Below, one piece after another: positions 12,844 to 24,182 of a DNA stretch of 64,000 nt. Origin of the DNA: Escherichia coli. GTDB lineage: Bacteria > Pseudomonadota > Gammaproteobacteria > Enterobacterales > Enterobacteriaceae. The notes under the pieces are model-generated. The model did not search any database and was not told the DNA's origin. It saw only the letters and a program-made list of their open reading frames with translations. The translations under genes were made by a program, and so were the position numbers. Each line of letters starts with the position of its first letter. Position 1 is the stretch's first letter. The stretch lies in assembly GCF_003019035.1 (NCBI RefSeq), contig NZ_CP027447.1. One strand, written 5' to 3'.

Positions 12844-12860
12844 TTGGAAAATTTTTCCAA
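12844..12860. promoter_or_regulatory. Palindromic operator TTGGAA-N5-TTCCAA in the gcl promoter, probable AllR site
   Basis: Second copy of the 6-5-6 palindrome, about 20 bp upstream of the gcl SD. Confidence 0.5.
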
Positions 12861-12880
12861 TTAATAGAGGTAGGAATAAA

Positions 12881-14662
12881 ATGGCAAAAATGAGAGCCGT
12901 TGACGCGGCAATGTATGTGCTGGAGAAAGAAGGTATCACCACCGCCTTCGGCGTTCCGGGAGCTGCAATCAATCCGTTCTACTCAGCGATGCGTAAGCAC
13001 GGCGGTATTCGTCACATTCTGGCGCGTCATGTGGAAGGTGCTTCGCACATGGCGGAAGGTTATACCCGCGCAACGGCAGGGAATATCGGCGTATGTCTGG
13101 GGACTTCCGGTCCTGCGGGCACGGACATGATCACCGCGCTCTATTCCGCTTCTGCTGATTCCATTCCTATTCTGTGTATTACCGGCCAGGCTCCGCGCGC
13201 CCGTCTGCATAAAGAAGATTTCCAGGCCGTTGATATTGAAGCAATTGCTAAACCGGTCAGCAAAATGGCGGTTACAGTTCGTGAAGCGGCGCTGGTGCCT
13301 CGCGTGCTGCAACAGGCATTTCACCTGATGCGTTCTGGTCGCCCGGGTCCGGTACTGGTGGATTTACCGTTCGACGTTCAGGTTGCGGAAATCGAGTTTG
13401 ATCCTGACATGTACGAACCGCTGCCGGTCTACAAACCTGCTGCCAGCCGTATGCAGATCGAAAAAGCTGTAGAAATGTTAATTCAGGCCGAACGTCCGGT
13501 GATTGTTGCCGGGGGCGGGGTAATCAATGCTGACGCTGCTGCACTGTTACAACAGTTTGCTGAACTGACCAGCGTTCCGGTGATCCCAACGCTGATGGGC
13601 TGGGGCTGTATCCCGGACGATCATGAACTGATGGCCGGGATGGTGGGTCTGCAAACCGCGCATCGTTACGGTAACGCAACGTTGCTGGCGTCCGACATGG
13701 TGTTTGGTATCGGTAACCGTTTTGCTAACCGTCATACCGGTTCGGTAGAGAAATACACCGAAGGGCGCAAAATCGTTCATATCGATATTGAGCCGACGCA
13801 AATTGGCCGCGTGCTGTGTCCGGATCTCGGCATTGTCTCTGATGCTAAAGCGGCGCTGACGCTGCTGGTTGAAGTGGCGCAGGAGATGCAAAAAGCGGGT
13901 CGTCTGCCGTGTCGTAAAGAATGGGTCGCCGACTGCCAGCAGCGCAAACGCACTTTGCTGCGCAAAACCCACTTCGACAACGTGCCGGTGAAACCGCAGC
14001 GCGTGTATGAAGAGATGAACAAAGCCTTTGGTCGCGATGTTTGTTATGTCACCACCATTGGTCTGTCACAAATCGCTGCGGCACAAATGCTGCATGTCTT
14101 TAAAGACCGCCACTGGATCAACTGTGGGCAGGCAGGCCCGCTGGGCTGGACGATTCCGGCGGCGCTGGGGGTTTGTGCCGCTGATCCAGAGCGCAATGTG
14201 GTGGCGATTTCCGGTGACTTCGACTTCCAGTTCCTGATTGAAGAATTGGCCGTTGGCGCACAGTTCAACATTCCGTACATCCATGTGCTGGTGAATAACG
14301 CTTATCTGGGGCTGATTCGCCAGTCGCAGCGCGCCTTTGACATGGACTACTGCGTGCAACTCGCTTTCGAGAATATCAACTCCAGCGAAGTGAACGGTTA
14401 CGGCGTCGACCACGTAAAAGTAGCGGAAGGTTTAGGTTGTAAAGCAATTCGCGTTTTCAAACCGGAAGATATTGCACCAGCCTTTGAACAGGCGAAAGTC
14501 TTAATGGCGCAATATCGGGTACCGGTAGTCGTGGAAGTTATTCTCGAGCGTGTGACCAATATTTCGATGGGCAGTGAACTGGATAACGTCATGGAATTTG
14601 AAGATATCGCCGATAACGCAGCGGACGCACCGACTGAAACCTGTTTCATGCACTATGAATAA
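12881..14662 (+). CDS. gcl: Glyoxylate carboligase (TPP enzyme)
   Basis: ORF track 12791..14662; start moved to ATG at 12881 ([13 protein letters not shown]) with SD AGAGG, giving 593 aa. Confidence 0.9.
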   Translation: MAKMRAVDAAMYVLEKEGITTAFGVPGAAINPFYSAMRKHGGIRHILARHVEGASHMAEGYTRATAGNIGVCLGTSGPAGTDMITALYSASADSIPILCITGQAPRARLHKEDFQAVDIEAIAKPVSKMAVTVREAALVPRVLQQAFHLMRSGRPGPVLVDLPFDVQVAEIEFDPDMYEPLPVYKPAASRMQIEKAVEMLIQAERPVIVAGGGVINADAAALLQQFAELTSVPVIPTLMGWGCIPDDHELMAGMVGLQTAHRYGNATLLASDMVFGIGNRFANRHTGSVEKYTEGRKIVHIDIEPTQIGRVLCPDLGIVSDAKAALTLLVEVAQEMQKAGRLPCRKEWVADCQQRKRTLLRKTHFDNVPVKPQRVYEEMNKAFGRDVCYVTTIGLSQIAAAQMLHVFKDRHWINCGQAGPLGWTIPAALGVCAADPERNVVAISGDFDFQFLIEELAVGAQFNIPYIHVLVNNAYLGLIRQSQRAFDMDYCVQLAFENINSSEVNGYGVDHVKVAEGLGCKAIRVFKPEDIAPAFEQAKVLMAQYRVPVVVEVILERVTNISMGSELDNVMEFEDIADNAADAPTETCFMHYE

Positions 14663-14674
14663 GGGAGATAAATA

Positions 14675-15451
14675 ATGTTACGTTTCTCTGCTAATTTATC
14701 GATGTTATTTGGTGAATATGATTTTCTCGCCCGTTTTGAGAAAGCTGCGCAGTGTGGTTTTCGCGGCGTTGAATTTATGTTCCCTTATGACTACGACATT
14801 GAAGAATTAAAACAGGTGCTGGCGAGTAATAAACTCGAACATACGCTGCACAATTTACCGGCAGGTGACTGGGCGGCGGGCGAGCGGGGTATTGCCTGTA
14901 TTCCTGGCCGTGAAGAAGAGTTTCGGGATGGCGTAGCAGCAGCTATTCGTTATGCTCGTGCGCTGGGTAATAAAAAAATTAACTGTCTGGTCGGTAAAAC
15001 GCCAGCTGGTTTCAGCAGTGAACAGATTCACGCAACGCTTGTAGAAAACCTGCGTTATGCCGCGAATATGCTGATGAAAGAAGATATTTTATTACTGATT
15101 GAACCTATCAACCATTTTGATATTCCTGGTTTCCATCTCACCGGAACCCGGCAGGCACTGAAACTGATTGACGATGTTGGTTGCTGCAATTTGAAAATTC
15201 AGTATGACATTTATCACATGCAGCGGATGGAAGGTGAATTAACTAATACCATGACTCAGTGGGCCGATAAAATTGGTCACCTGCAAATCGCTGATAATCC
15301 GCATCGCGGCGAACCGGGAACCGGAGAAATTAATTACGAATATCTCTTTACGGTAATTGAAAATTCTGACTACAACGGTTGGGTTGGCTGTGAATATAAA
15401 CCCCAAACCACCACGGAAGCTGGTTTACGCTGGATGGATCCGTACCGTTAA
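14675..15451 (+). CDS. hyi: Hydroxypyruvate isomerase
   Basis: 258-aa TIM-barrel ORF directly downstream of gcl. Confidence 0.9.
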   Translation: MLRFSANLSMLFGEYDFLARFEKAAQCGFRGVEFMFPYDYDIEELKQVLASNKLEHTLHNLPAGDWAAGERGIACIPGREEEFRDGVAAAIRYARALGNKKINCLVGKTPAGFSSEQIHATLVENLRYAANMLMKEDILLLIEPINHFDIPGFHLTGTRQALKLIDDVGCCNLKIQYDIYHMQRMEGELTNTMTQWADKIGHLQIADNPHRGEPGTGEINYEYLFTVIENSDYNGWVGCEYKPQTTTEAGLRWMDPYR

Positions 15452-15550
15452 AACGTAACGCTATTCAGACAATGCTTTTTTAGGTCGCTAAGTCGGCAGG
15501 GGATCGTGTTGTCTGAATTCAGGAAAAGCGAAATTTAAAAGAGGTTAATT

Positions 15551-16429
15551 ATGAAACTGGGATTTATTGGCTTAGGCATTATGGGTACACCGATGGCCAT
15601 TAATCTGGCACGTGCTGGTCATCAACTGCATGTCACAACCATTGGTCCGGTTGCTGATGAATTACTGTCACTGGGTGCCGTCAGTGTTGAAACTGCGCGC
15701 CAGGTAACGGAAGCATCGGACATCATTTTTATTATGGTGCCGGATACGCCACAGGTTGAAGACGTTCTGTTTGGTGAAAATGGTTGTACCAAAGCCTCGC
15801 TGAAGGGCAAAACCATTGTTGATATGAGCTCCATTTCCCCGATCGAAACTAAACGTTTCGCTCGTCAGGTGAATGAACTGGGCGGCGATTATCTCGATGC
15901 GCCAGTCTCCGGCGGTGAAATCGGCGCGCGTGAAGGGACGTTATCGATTATGGTTGGCGGTGACGAAGCGGTATTCGAACGTGTTAAACCGCTGTTTGAA
16001 CTGCTCGGTAAAAATATCACCCTCGTGGGCGGTAACGGCGACGGTCAAACCTGCAAAGTGGCAAATCAGATTATCGTGGCGCTCAATATTGAAGCGGTTT
16101 CTGAAGCCCTGCTATTTGCTTCAAAAGCCGGAGCGGATCCGGTACGTGTGCGCCAGGCGCTGATGGGCGGCTTTGCTTCCTCACGTATTCTGGAAGTTCA
16201 CGGTGAGCGCATGATTAAACGCACCTTTAATCCAGGTTTTAAAATTGCGCTGCACCAGAAAGATCTCAACCTGGCACTGCAAAGTGCGAAAGCACTGGCG
16301 CTGAATCTGCCAAACACCGCGACCTGCCAGGAATTGTTTAATACCTGTGCGGCAAACGGTGGTAGCCAGTTGGATCACTCTGCGTTAGTGCAGGCGCTGG
16401 AATTAATGGCTAACCATAAACTGGCCTGA
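15551..16429 (+). CDS. glxR: Tartronate semialdehyde reductase (2-hydroxy-3-oxopropionate reductase)
   Basis: 292-aa ORF with N-terminal Rossmann motif GFIGLGIMG. Confidence 0.9.
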   Translation: MKLGFIGLGIMGTPMAINLARAGHQLHVTTIGPVADELLSLGAVSVETARQVTEASDIIFIMVPDTPQVEDVLFGENGCTKASLKGKTIVDMSSISPIETKRFARQVNELGGDYLDAPVSGGEIGAREGTLSIMVGGDEAVFERVKPLFELLGKNITLVGGNGDGQTCKVANQIIVALNIEAVSEALLFASKAGADPVRVRQALMGGFASSRILEVHGERMIKRTFNPGFKIALHQKDLNLALQSAKALALNLPNTATCQELFNTCAANGGSQLDHSALVQALELMANHKLA

Positions 16430-16598
16430 TACCCGCAATAAAAATGGCCGATATCAGAAAATGAATCGGCCAGCAATATTAAAAAAAGAAAGTAGCCAAA
16501 GATGTTGCTTCAGTATTAAAAATAATATTTTTATTTTATTTGTTCCTCATAGCTAGATTAAAAAGACGTTATTCGATACGTGAAATTAAGAGGGATTT

Positions 16599-18053
16599 AT
16601 GGAACATCAGAGAAAACTATTCCAGCAACGCGGCTATAGCGAAGATCTATTGCCGAAAACGCAAAGCCAGCGGACCTGGAAAACATTTAACTATTTTACC
16701 TTATGGATGGGTTCGGTTCATAACGTTCCCAATTATGTGATGGTCGGCGGCTTTTTTATTCTCGGCTTGTCTACCTTTAGTATTATGCTGGCAATTATCC
16801 TCAGCGCCTTTTTCATTGCCGCGGTAATGGTATTAAACGGTGCTGCGGGCAGTAAATACGGCGTGCCTTTTGCCATGATCCTGCGTGCTTCTTATGGCGT
16901 ACGTGGCGCACTGTTTCCCGGATTATTAAGAGGCGGGATTGCTGCCATTATGTGGTTTGGCCTGCAATGTTACGCTGGATCGCTGGCCTGCTTGATCCTG
17001 ATTGGCAAAATCTGGCCGGGATTTTTAACTCTCGGTGGTGATTTTACCCTGTTAGGGCTTTCTCTACCGGGCTTAATCACTTTCTTACTCTTCTGGCTGG
17101 TGAACGTCGGAATCGGTTTCGGTGGTGGCAAAGTTTTAAATAAATTCACCGCCATTCTTAACCCGTGCATCTATGTTGTCTTCGGCGGTATGGCGATTTG
17201 GGCGATTTCGCTGGTCGGGATCGGTCCAATCTTTGACTACATTCCGAGCGGTATTCAGAAAGCAGAAAACAGTGGCTTCCTGTTCCTGGTGGTGATTAAC
17301 GCGGTAGTTGCGGTATGGGCAGCACCGGCGGTGAGCGCATCCGACTTTACGCAAAACGCCCACTCGTTTCGTGAGCAAGCGCTGGGGCAAACGCTGGGTT
17401 TAGTTGTGGCCTATATTCTGTTTGCGGTCGCCGGGGTATGTATTATTGCCGGAGCCAGTATTCACTACGGCGCTGACACCTGGAACGTGCTGGATATTGT
17501 TCAGCGTTGGGACAGCCTGTTCGCCTCGTTCTTTGCGGTACTGGTTATTCTGATGACGACTATCTCCACTAACGCGACCGGTAATATTATTCCAGCCGGT
17601 TATCAGATTGCCGCTATTGCACCGACAAAACTGACCTATAAAAACGGCGTACTGATTGCCAGTATTATCAGCTTGCTGATCTGCCCGTGGAAATTAATGG
17701 AAAATCAGGACAGCATTTATCTGTTCCTCGATATTATCGGCGGAATGCTGGGCCCGGTAATTGGTGTCATGATGGCGCATTATTTTGTGGTGATGCGCGG
17801 ACAAATTAATCTTGATGAACTTTATACCGCAGCAGGTGATTTCAAATATTACGATAACGGCTTTAACCTTACCGCGTTCTCAGTAACTTTGGTCGCCGTT
17901 ATTTTATCTCTCGGTGGTAAATTTATTCCATTCATGGAGCCTTTATCACGCGTTTCATGGTTTGTCGGCGTTATTGTCGCCTTTGCGGCCTACGCCTTAT
18001 TAAAGAAACGTACTGCAGCAGAAAAAACAGGAGAACAAAAAGTCACAGGTTAA
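16599..18053 (+). CDS. ybbW: Allantoin permease (NCS1 family)
   Basis: 484-aa polytopic membrane ORF between glxR and allB. Confidence 0.85.
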   Translation: MEHQRKLFQQRGYSEDLLPKTQSQRTWKTFNYFTLWMGSVHNVPNYVMVGGFFILGLSTFSIMLAIILSAFFIAAVMVLNGAAGSKYGVPFAMILRASYGVRGALFPGLLRGGIAAIMWFGLQCYAGSLACLILIGKIWPGFLTLGGDFTLLGLSLPGLITFLLFWLVNVGIGFGGGKVLNKFTAILNPCIYVVFGGMAIWAISLVGIGPIFDYIPSGIQKAENSGFLFLVVINAVVAVWAAPAVSASDFTQNAHSFREQALGQTLGLVVAYILFAVAGVCIIAGASIHYGADTWNVLDIVQRWDSLFASFFAVLVILMTTISTNATGNIIPAGYQIAAIAPTKLTYKNGVLIASIISLLICPWKLMENQDSIYLFLDIIGGMLGPVIGVMMAHYFVVMRGQINLDELYTAAGDFKYYDNGFNLTAFSVTLVAVILSLGGKFIPFMEPLSRVSWFVGVIVAFAAYALLKKRTAAEKTGEQKVTG

Positions 18054-18113
18054 TTAATCCCGATATTGAACATTGAGTTAAAAAACCAATCTGTATTTTA
18101 CAAGGAGTTTGTT

Positions 18114-19475
18114 ATGTCTTTTGATTTAATCATTAAAAACGGCACCGTTATTTTAGAAAACGAAGCTCGCGTTGTAGATATCGCCGTTAAAGGCGGAAAA
18201 ATTGCTGCTATCGGTCAGGATCTGGGCGATGCAAAAGAAGTTATGGATGCGTCTGGTCTGGTGGTTTCGCCAGGCATGGTTGATGCGCACACCCATATTT
18301 CTGAACCGGGTCGCAGCCACTGGGAAGGTTATGAAACCGGTACTCGCGCAGCGGCAAAAGGTGGTATCACCACCATGATCGAAATGCCGCTCAACCAGCT
18401 GCCTGCAACGGTTGACCGCGCATCGATTGAACTGAAGTTTGATGCCGCCAAAGGCAAGCTGACTATCGATGCGGCGCAACTCGGTGGCCTGGTGTCTTAC
18501 AACATCGACCGTCTGCATGAGCTGGATGAAGTGGGCGTTGTCGGCTTCAAATGCTTCGTTGCGACCTGTGGCGATCGCGGTATCGACAACGACTTCCGTG
18601 ACGTCAATGACTGGCAGTTCTTCAAAGGTGCGCAGAAGCTGGGCGAACTGGGACAGCCGGTGCTGGTGCACTGCGAAAACGCGCTGATCTGCGACGAACT
18701 TGGCGAAGAAGCGAAGCGTGAAGGCCGCGTAACCGCACATGACTATGTGGCTTCGCGTCCGGTATTTACCGAAGTGGAAGCGATTCGCCGCGTGCTGTAC
18801 CTGGCGAAAGTTGCCGGTTGCCGTCTGCACGTTTGCCATATCAGCAGCCCGGAAGGCGTTGAAGAAGTGACTCGTGCACGTCAGGAAGGTCAGGACGTTA
18901 CTTGTGAATCCTGCCCGCATTACTTTGTGCTGGATACCGATCAGTTCGAAGAAATCGGTACTCTGGCGAAGTGTTCACCGCCGATCCGCGATCTGGAAAA
19001 CCAGAAAGGCATGTGGGAAAAACTGTTTAACGGTGAAATAGACTGCCTGGTTTCCGACCACTCTCCATGCCCGCCGGAAATGAAAGCCGGTAACATCATG
19101 AAAGCGTGGGGCGGTATCGCTGGTCTGCAAAGCTGCATGGACGTGATGTTCGATGAAGCGGTACAGAAACGCGGAATGTCTCTGCCAATGTTCGGTAAAT
19201 TAATGGCGACTAACGCAGCAGATATTTTCGGTCTGCAGCAAAAAGGCCGTATCGCCCCAGGAAAAGATGCCGACTTCGTCTTCATTCAGCCGAATAGCAG
19301 CTATGTTCTTACCAATGACGATCTGGAATATCGCCACAAAGTCAGCCCGTATGTTGGCCGTACTATTGGCGCGCGTATCACGAAAACCATCTTACGTGGT
19401 GATGTGATTTACGACATCGAACAGGGCTTCCCTGTTGCGCCGAAAGGTCAATTTATCCTTAAACATCAGCAGTAA
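18114..19475 (+). CDS. allB: Allantoinase (cyclic amidohydrolase)
   Basis: ORF track 18066..19475; start set to ATG at 18114 ([10 protein letters not shown]) with SD AGGAG, giving 453 aa. Confidence 0.9.
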   Translation: MSFDLIIKNGTVILENEARVVDIAVKGGKIAAIGQDLGDAKEVMDASGLVVSPGMVDAHTHISEPGRSHWEGYETGTRAAAKGGITTMIEMPLNQLPATVDRASIELKFDAAKGKLTIDAAQLGGLVSYNIDRLHELDEVGVVGFKCFVATCGDRGIDNDFRDVNDWQFFKGAQKLGELGQPVLVHCENALICDELGEEAKREGRVTAHDYVASRPVFTEVEAIRRVLYLAKVAGCRLHVCHISSPEGVEEVTRARQEGQDVTCESCPHYFVLDTDQFEEIGTLAKCSPPIRDLENQKGMWEKLFNGEIDCLVSDHSPCPPEMKAGNIMKAWGGIAGLQSCMDVMFDEAVQKRGMSLPMFGKLMATNAADIFGLQQKGRIAPGKDADFVFIQPNSSYVLTNDDLEYRHKVSPYVGRTIGARITKTILRGDVIYDIEQGFPVAPKGQFILKHQQ

Positions 19476-19531
19476 TCTGGCCCCTGCAATGCCCGTCCTT
19501 GCGGCGGGCATTCTCCGGTTAAGGTGTGTTT

Positions 19532-20833
19532 ATGTTCAATTTTGCAGTCAGCCGCGAAAGCCTGTTATCAGGATTTCAGTGGTTTTTCTTTATTTTTTGC
19601 AACACGGTTGTGGTTCCTCCTACGCTACTTTCTGCTTTTCAGTTGCCGCAAAGTAGCCTGCTTACGCTCACGCAATATGCTTTTCTTGCTACCGCACTGG
19701 CCTGCTTCGCTCAGGCGTTCTGCGGTCATCGTCGCGCTATTATGGAAGGGCCGGGTGGCCTGTGGTGGGGAACCATCCTTACTATCACCCTTGGCGAAGC
19801 ATCGCGCGGGACACCGATCAACGATATCGCTACCAGCCTGGCGGTGGGAATTGCGCTCTCTGGCGTGCTGACGATGTTGATTGGTTTTAGCGGATTAGGT
19901 CATCGTCTGGCGCGGTTATTTACGCCGTCGGTGATGGTCTTGTTTATGTTGATGCTGGGCGCGCAGCTGACCACTATCTTTTTCAAAGGTATGCTCGGGC
20001 TGCCGTTTGGCATAGCCGACCCGAATTTTAAAATTCAGTTACCGCCGTTCGCGCTCTCGGTGGCGGTGATGTGCCTGGTACTGGCGATGATTATCTTCCT
20101 GCCGCAACGTTTTGCCCGTTATGGCCTGCTGGTCGGTACGATAACCGGCTGGTTGTTGTGGTACTTTTGCTTTCCTTCTTCGCATTCGCTCTCCGGTGAG
20201 TTGCACTGGCAGTGGTTCCCGCTCGGCAGTGGCGGTGCTTTGTCGCCGGGGATTATTCTGACGGCGGTGATTACAGGTCTGGTAAATATCAGCAATACCT
20301 ACGGTGCGATTCGTGGCACGGATGTTTTTTATCCGCAACAGGGCGCGGGGAATACGCGTTATCGTCGCAGCTTTGTGGCGACCGGATTTATGACGGTGAT
20401 AACCGTGCCGCTGGCGGTAATTCCATTTTCACCGTTTGTTTCATCCATTGGTTTATTAACCCAGACTGGCGATTACACGCGGCGTTCGTTTATTTATGGC
20501 AGCGTTATTTGCCTGCTGGTGGCACTGGTTCCGGTACTCACGCGACTGTTTTGCAGTATCCCTTTACCCGTGAGTAGCGCGGTCATGCTGGTTTCTTATC
20601 TGCCTTTACTCTTTTCCGCGCTGGTGTTTAGCCAGCAAATAACGTTTACCGCTCGCAATATTTATCGACTCGCATTGCCGTTATTTGTCGGCATATTTTT
20701 AATGGCATTACCGCCTGTGTATCTGCAAGACCTTCCATTAACGCTTCGTCCTCTGCTCAGTAACGGCTTACTGGTCGGAATTTTACTGGCTGTTCTTATG
20801 GATAATCTTATTCCGTGGGAACGCATCGAATAA
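19532..20833 (+). CDS. ybbY: Putative purine/uracil permease YbbY
   Basis: Polytopic membrane ORF; start set to first ATG (MFNFAVSRE), 433 aa. Confidence 0.8.
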   Translation: MFNFAVSRESLLSGFQWFFFIFCNTVVVPPTLLSAFQLPQSSLLTLTQYAFLATALACFAQAFCGHRRAIMEGPGGLWWGTILTITLGEASRGTPINDIATSLAVGIALSGVLTMLIGFSGLGHRLARLFTPSVMVLFMLMLGAQLTTIFFKGMLGLPFGIADPNFKIQLPPFALSVAVMCLVLAMIIFLPQRFARYGLLVGTITGWLLWYFCFPSSHSLSGELHWQWFPLGSGGALSPGIILTAVITGLVNISNTYGAIRGTDVFYPQQGAGNTRYRRSFVATGFMTVITVPLAVIPFSPFVSSIGLLTQTGDYTRRSFIYGSVICLLVALVPVLTRLFCSIPLPVSSAVMLVSYLPLLFSALVFSQQITFTARNIYRLALPLFVGIFLMALPPVYLQDLPLTLRPLLSNGLLVGILLAVLMDNLIPWERIE

Positions 20834-20854
20834 TTTGTTGAAAAAGGATTGATA

Positions 20855-22000
20855 ATGAAGATTGTCATTGCGCCAGACTCGTTTAAAGAGAGCTTAAGTG
20901 CAGAAAAATGTTGTCAGGCAATTAAAGCCGGGTTTTCGACCCTCTTTCCCGATGCGCACTATATCTGTTTGCCGATCGCGGATGGCGGCGAAGGGACGGT
21001 GGAGGCGATGGTCGCCGCGACGGGCGGCAAAATCGTGACACTTGAAGTCTGTGGACCGATGGGCGAAAAAGTGAATGCTTTTTATGGCCTTACCGGCGAC
21101 GGGAAAACGGCAGTGATTGAGATGGCGGCAGCAAGTGGCCTGATGCTGGTCGCGCCTGAAAAGCGTAATCCGTTGCTGGCCTCCAGTTTGGGTACGGGGG
21201 AGTTAATTCTCCATGCGCTGGATAACGGCATTCGCCATATTATTCTCGGCATTGGCGGCAGTGCGACGGTCGACGGCGGTATGGGCATGGCGCAGGCGCT
21301 CGGTGTGCGTTTCCTTGATGCTGACGGTCAGGTGCTGGCGGCTAACGGCGGCAATTTAGCGCGCGTGGCAAGCATTGAGATGGATGAATGCGATCCGCGT
21401 CTGGCGAACTGCCATATTGAAGTAGCATGTGATGTTGATAACCCGCTGGTAGGGGCACGCGGCGCGGCGGCGGTGTTTGGTCCGCAAAAAGGGGCAACGC
21501 CGGAAATGGTCGAAGAGCTGGAACAGGGGCTGCAAAATTACGCCCGTGTTTTACAACAGCAAACTGAAATCAACGTCTGTCAGATGGCGGGCGGCGGCGC
21601 TGCAGGCGGTATGGGTATTGCGGCGGCGGTATTCCTCAATGCGGATATTAAACCGGGTATTGAGATTGTACTGCGGGCGGTCAACCTGGAGCAGGCGGTG
21701 CAGGGTGCAGCGCTGGTGATCACCGGGGAAGGGCGCATCGATTCGCAAACGGCAGGTGGTAAAGCGCCGCTGGGCGTGGCGTCGGTGGCGAAGCAGTTTA
21801 ATGTCCCGGTGATTGGGATTGCTGGCGTATTGGGTGATGGCGTGGAAGTGGTGCACCAGTACGGCATTGACGCGGTGTTCAGCATTTTGCCACGTCTGGC
21901 ACCTTTAGCCGAAGTGCTCGCCAGCGGTGAAACCAATCTCTTCAACAGCGCACGAAATATTGCCTGCGCCATTAAAATAGGTCAGGGAATTAAAAACTGA
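20855..22000 (+). CDS. glxK: Glycerate kinase II
   Basis: ORF track 20849..22000; ATG at 20855 ([11 protein letters not shown]) with SD AAAGGA, 381 aa. Confidence 0.85.
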   Translation: MKIVIAPDSFKESLSAEKCCQAIKAGFSTLFPDAHYICLPIADGGEGTVEAMVAATGGKIVTLEVCGPMGEKVNAFYGLTGDGKTAVIEMAAASGLMLVAPEKRNPLLASSLGTGELILHALDNGIRHIILGIGGSATVDGGMGMAQALGVRFLDADGQVLAANGGNLARVASIEMDECDPRLANCHIEVACDVDNPLVGARGAAAVFGPQKGATPEMVEELEQGLQNYARVLQQQTEINVCQMAGGGAAGGMGIAAAVFLNADIKPGIEIVLRAVNLEQAVQGAALVITGEGRIDSQTAGGKAPLGVASVAKQFNVPVIGIAGVLGDGVEVVHQYGIDAVFSILPRLAPLAEVLASGETNLFNSARNIACAIKIGQGIKN

Positions 22001-22015
22001 CTATTACCTTTAAAG

Positions 22016-22045
22016 CGGATGCGATTTATATCGCATCCGTTTTTT
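22016..22045 (+). terminator. Intrinsic terminator after glxK
   Basis: 9-bp stem cggatgcga/tcgcatccg followed by a T6 run. Confidence 0.6.
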
Positions 22046-22060
22046 ACCTGAATTTACCGC

Positions 22061-22087
22061 AAAAAAAGCCACGGAATAAACCGTGGC
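22061..22087 (-). terminator. Intrinsic terminator after allE
   Basis: gccacgg-aataaa-ccgtggc hairpin; reverse strand is followed by a T7 run. Confidence 0.55.
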
Positions 22088-22129
22088 AAAATCCAACATA
22101 GCTAAAAATAATCAGGCGAGTGGTATGAC

Positions 22130-22915
22130 TTAAATCTCTACGTCGCGGTTGCAATCTTTCGAGTAAATATAGCTGAACGCTTCACCACGCCCTACGCCAT
22201 AACCAGCCTGTAAAGAATAAGCGCCCATAAAGATGTAATCGCCTTTTTTCACCGGGATCCAGTTATTGTCGAGGTTATAAACCCCCTGACCGGAAAGAAT
22301 ATAGGCACCGTGTTCCTGGACGTGAGTTTCGATATAACCGTGGCTGGCACCTGGCGCAAAAGAGAGGATATGCATGTTCATATCAAAACCTAACTCTTTG
22401 GGCAGAAAATCCAGCAGAATAACATCGTCCATGCCTTCATAATGAATGCGTTCCAGTTCGCTGGCATTGCCAGAAACCAGCCACGGCGCATGACCTTCTA
22501 CCGGAATATAGCGACGCTTATATAAAAAGATTTGGCTGTCTTCGGCCTGGACGTTAACAAACGTCATTAAGGAGCCTGGCGGGCAATAAAGATAGCCACC
22601 TTCGCTTAAGGCAAATGTTTTCCCTTCGGCTTTGGCAGTGATATTTCCAGAGATCACATACAGGAACGTTTCAATGCCTTCGCCACCGAAGCCCTGTTGG
22701 TTGCCGCCGTTTTGATGCAGTGTGACCAGATAATCAACAAAAGAGGCACCCAGTTTTGGCGTGGAGAGGATTGTCGCGTCACAATTTTCAAAGCCCGGAA
22801 TAATATTTTTTACCAGGCCGTCCGGGGTTAACAGCGCGAAATTACCGTGTTTCACAATCGCACGGTTAGCCAGTAAATCATCGCGGTAACCGGTGACGTT
22901 ATTTAAATATCCCAT
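22130..22915 (-). CDS. allE: (S)-ureidoglycine aminohydrolase, cupin family (AllE/YlbA)
   Basis: 261-aa bicupin-like ORF upstream of allC-allD. Confidence 0.85.
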   Translation of the reverse strand: MGYLNNVTGYRDDLLANRAIVKHGNFALLTPDGLVKNIIPGFENCDATILSTPKLGASFVDYLVTLHQNGGNQQGFGGEGIETFLYVISGNITAKAEGKTFALSEGGYLYCPPGSLMTFVNVQAEDSQIFLYKRRYIPVEGHAPWLVSGNASELERIHYEGMDDVILLDFLPKELGFDMNMHILSFAPGASHGYIETHVQEHGAYILSGQGVYNLDNNWIPVKKGDYIFMGAYSLQAGYGVGRGEAFSYIYSKDCNRDVEI

Positions 22916-22925
22916 TTATGACTCC

Positions 22926-24161
22926 TTATTTCTGCCAGGCAAGTTGATAAAGCATGAGTGCCAACGTTTTGACCCCTTCGGCAAGGTCGGTAATATTGGT
23001 GCGTTCCGCCGGGTTATGGCTGATCCCGTTGATGCTGGGAATGAAAATCATGCAGGTCGGTACGCGAGGCGCGAAAATTTGCGCGTCGTGCCCGGCACCA
23101 CTGTGCATTACCCGGTAGTTCTGTTTTTCACTTTCACACAATTCTGTCAGGGTGGCGACCAGCTCCTTATTCATCGGCACGGGTTCTTCGTCCATCCATA
23201 AATCGATATCAATACCAATATCCATTTCATCGCAAATCGCCCGCATGTCGTTTTCTAACTGTTGGGTGAAATTGCGCAGCACGGCGGCGTCGGTATGACG
23301 ACAATCAATGGTGAACGTGGTTTTCCCCGGCACCACATTTACCGTATTCGGGCGCGGCTCTACTTTGCCAAAAGTCAGCACCAGCGGGTCGCCCATCTTT
23401 TTCGCTTTTTCGACAGACTGATGGCAAATGCGACTGAAAGCGTAAACCGTATCACGACGATAACCCATCGGCGTGGTGCCTGCATGGTTTGATTCGCCGT
23501 TCAGCGTTACCGTGTAGCGGCGTTGCCCGACAATCGCATTCACCACGCCAATTGACTGCTCATTACTTTCCAGCACACAGCCCTGTTCGATATGCAGTTC
23601 GACAAAGGCTTTAATATCCTGACGCGGAGTTAGTGGGGCGTTCGGCAGAGTAAATCCGCAAGCCTTCATCGCATCGACAAAATTATTTCCTTTGGCATCA
23701 CAGATATTCCGCACGTCGTCAGGATTCGCCAGCCCAAAGATATTTTTACTGCCCCAGAAGACATACGGGAAGCGGCTGCCTTCTTCTTCCGCCATCGCCA
23801 CCACTTCGACCGTACGTAACGGCGCGCCGTATTGCGTTTTCAGCCAGTCAATTGCCAGCCACGCCGCCAGCGCACCGAATTGCCCGTCGAGGTTACCGCC
23901 ATTAACCACGGTATCAATATGCGAACCGCTCAGAATCACTTCCTGAGGGTATTCGCTGCCGTTCAGGCGGCCGTATAAATTCCCCACTTCATCGAAACGT
24001 GTTTCCAGCCCAGTTGCTGCCATTCTTTTTTTAAATTGCTGCTGGGTTTCCAGCCATTCCGGCGAATAAAGTAAACGGGTCATCCCACCCGTTAGGTCAG
24101 CGCCAAAAGAGGAAAGCCAGGGCAGCGTTTCTTCTATGGCTTGACGAAAATGTGTAATCAT
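22926..24161 (-). CDS. allC: Allantoate amidohydrolase (M20 peptidase family)
   Basis: ORF track 22926..24179; start trimmed to MITHFRQ giving 411 aa. Confidence 0.85.
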   Translation of the reverse strand: MITHFRQAIEETLPWLSSFGADLTGGMTRLLYSPEWLETQQQFKKRMAATGLETRFDEVGNLYGRLNGSEYPQEVILSGSHIDTVVNGGNLDGQFGALAAWLAIDWLKTQYGAPLRTVEVVAMAEEEGSRFPYVFWGSKNIFGLANPDDVRNICDAKGNNFVDAMKACGFTLPNAPLTPRQDIKAFVELHIEQGCVLESNEQSIGVVNAIVGQRRYTVTLNGESNHAGTTPMGYRRDTVYAFSRICHQSVEKAKKMGDPLVLTFGKVEPRPNTVNVVPGKTTFTIDCRHTDAAVLRNFTQQLENDMRAICDEMDIGIDIDLWMDEEPVPMNKELVATLTELCESEKQNYRVMHSGAGHDAQIFAPRVPTCMIFIPSINGISHNPAERTNITDLAEGVKTLALMLYQLAWQK

Positions 24162-24182
24162 AAGAAAGTCCTGTCTCAATAA

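Noticed and set aside
18153-18920. 255-aa ORF antisense to allB
   Set aside because: Opposite strand of a well-supported allantoinase gene; no start context.
19476-19531. Hairpin atgcccg-N9-cgggcat between allB and ybbY as a possible attenuator
   Set aside because: Not followed by a T-tract and the genes are co-directional 56 bp apart; more likely an RNA stability element or coincidence.
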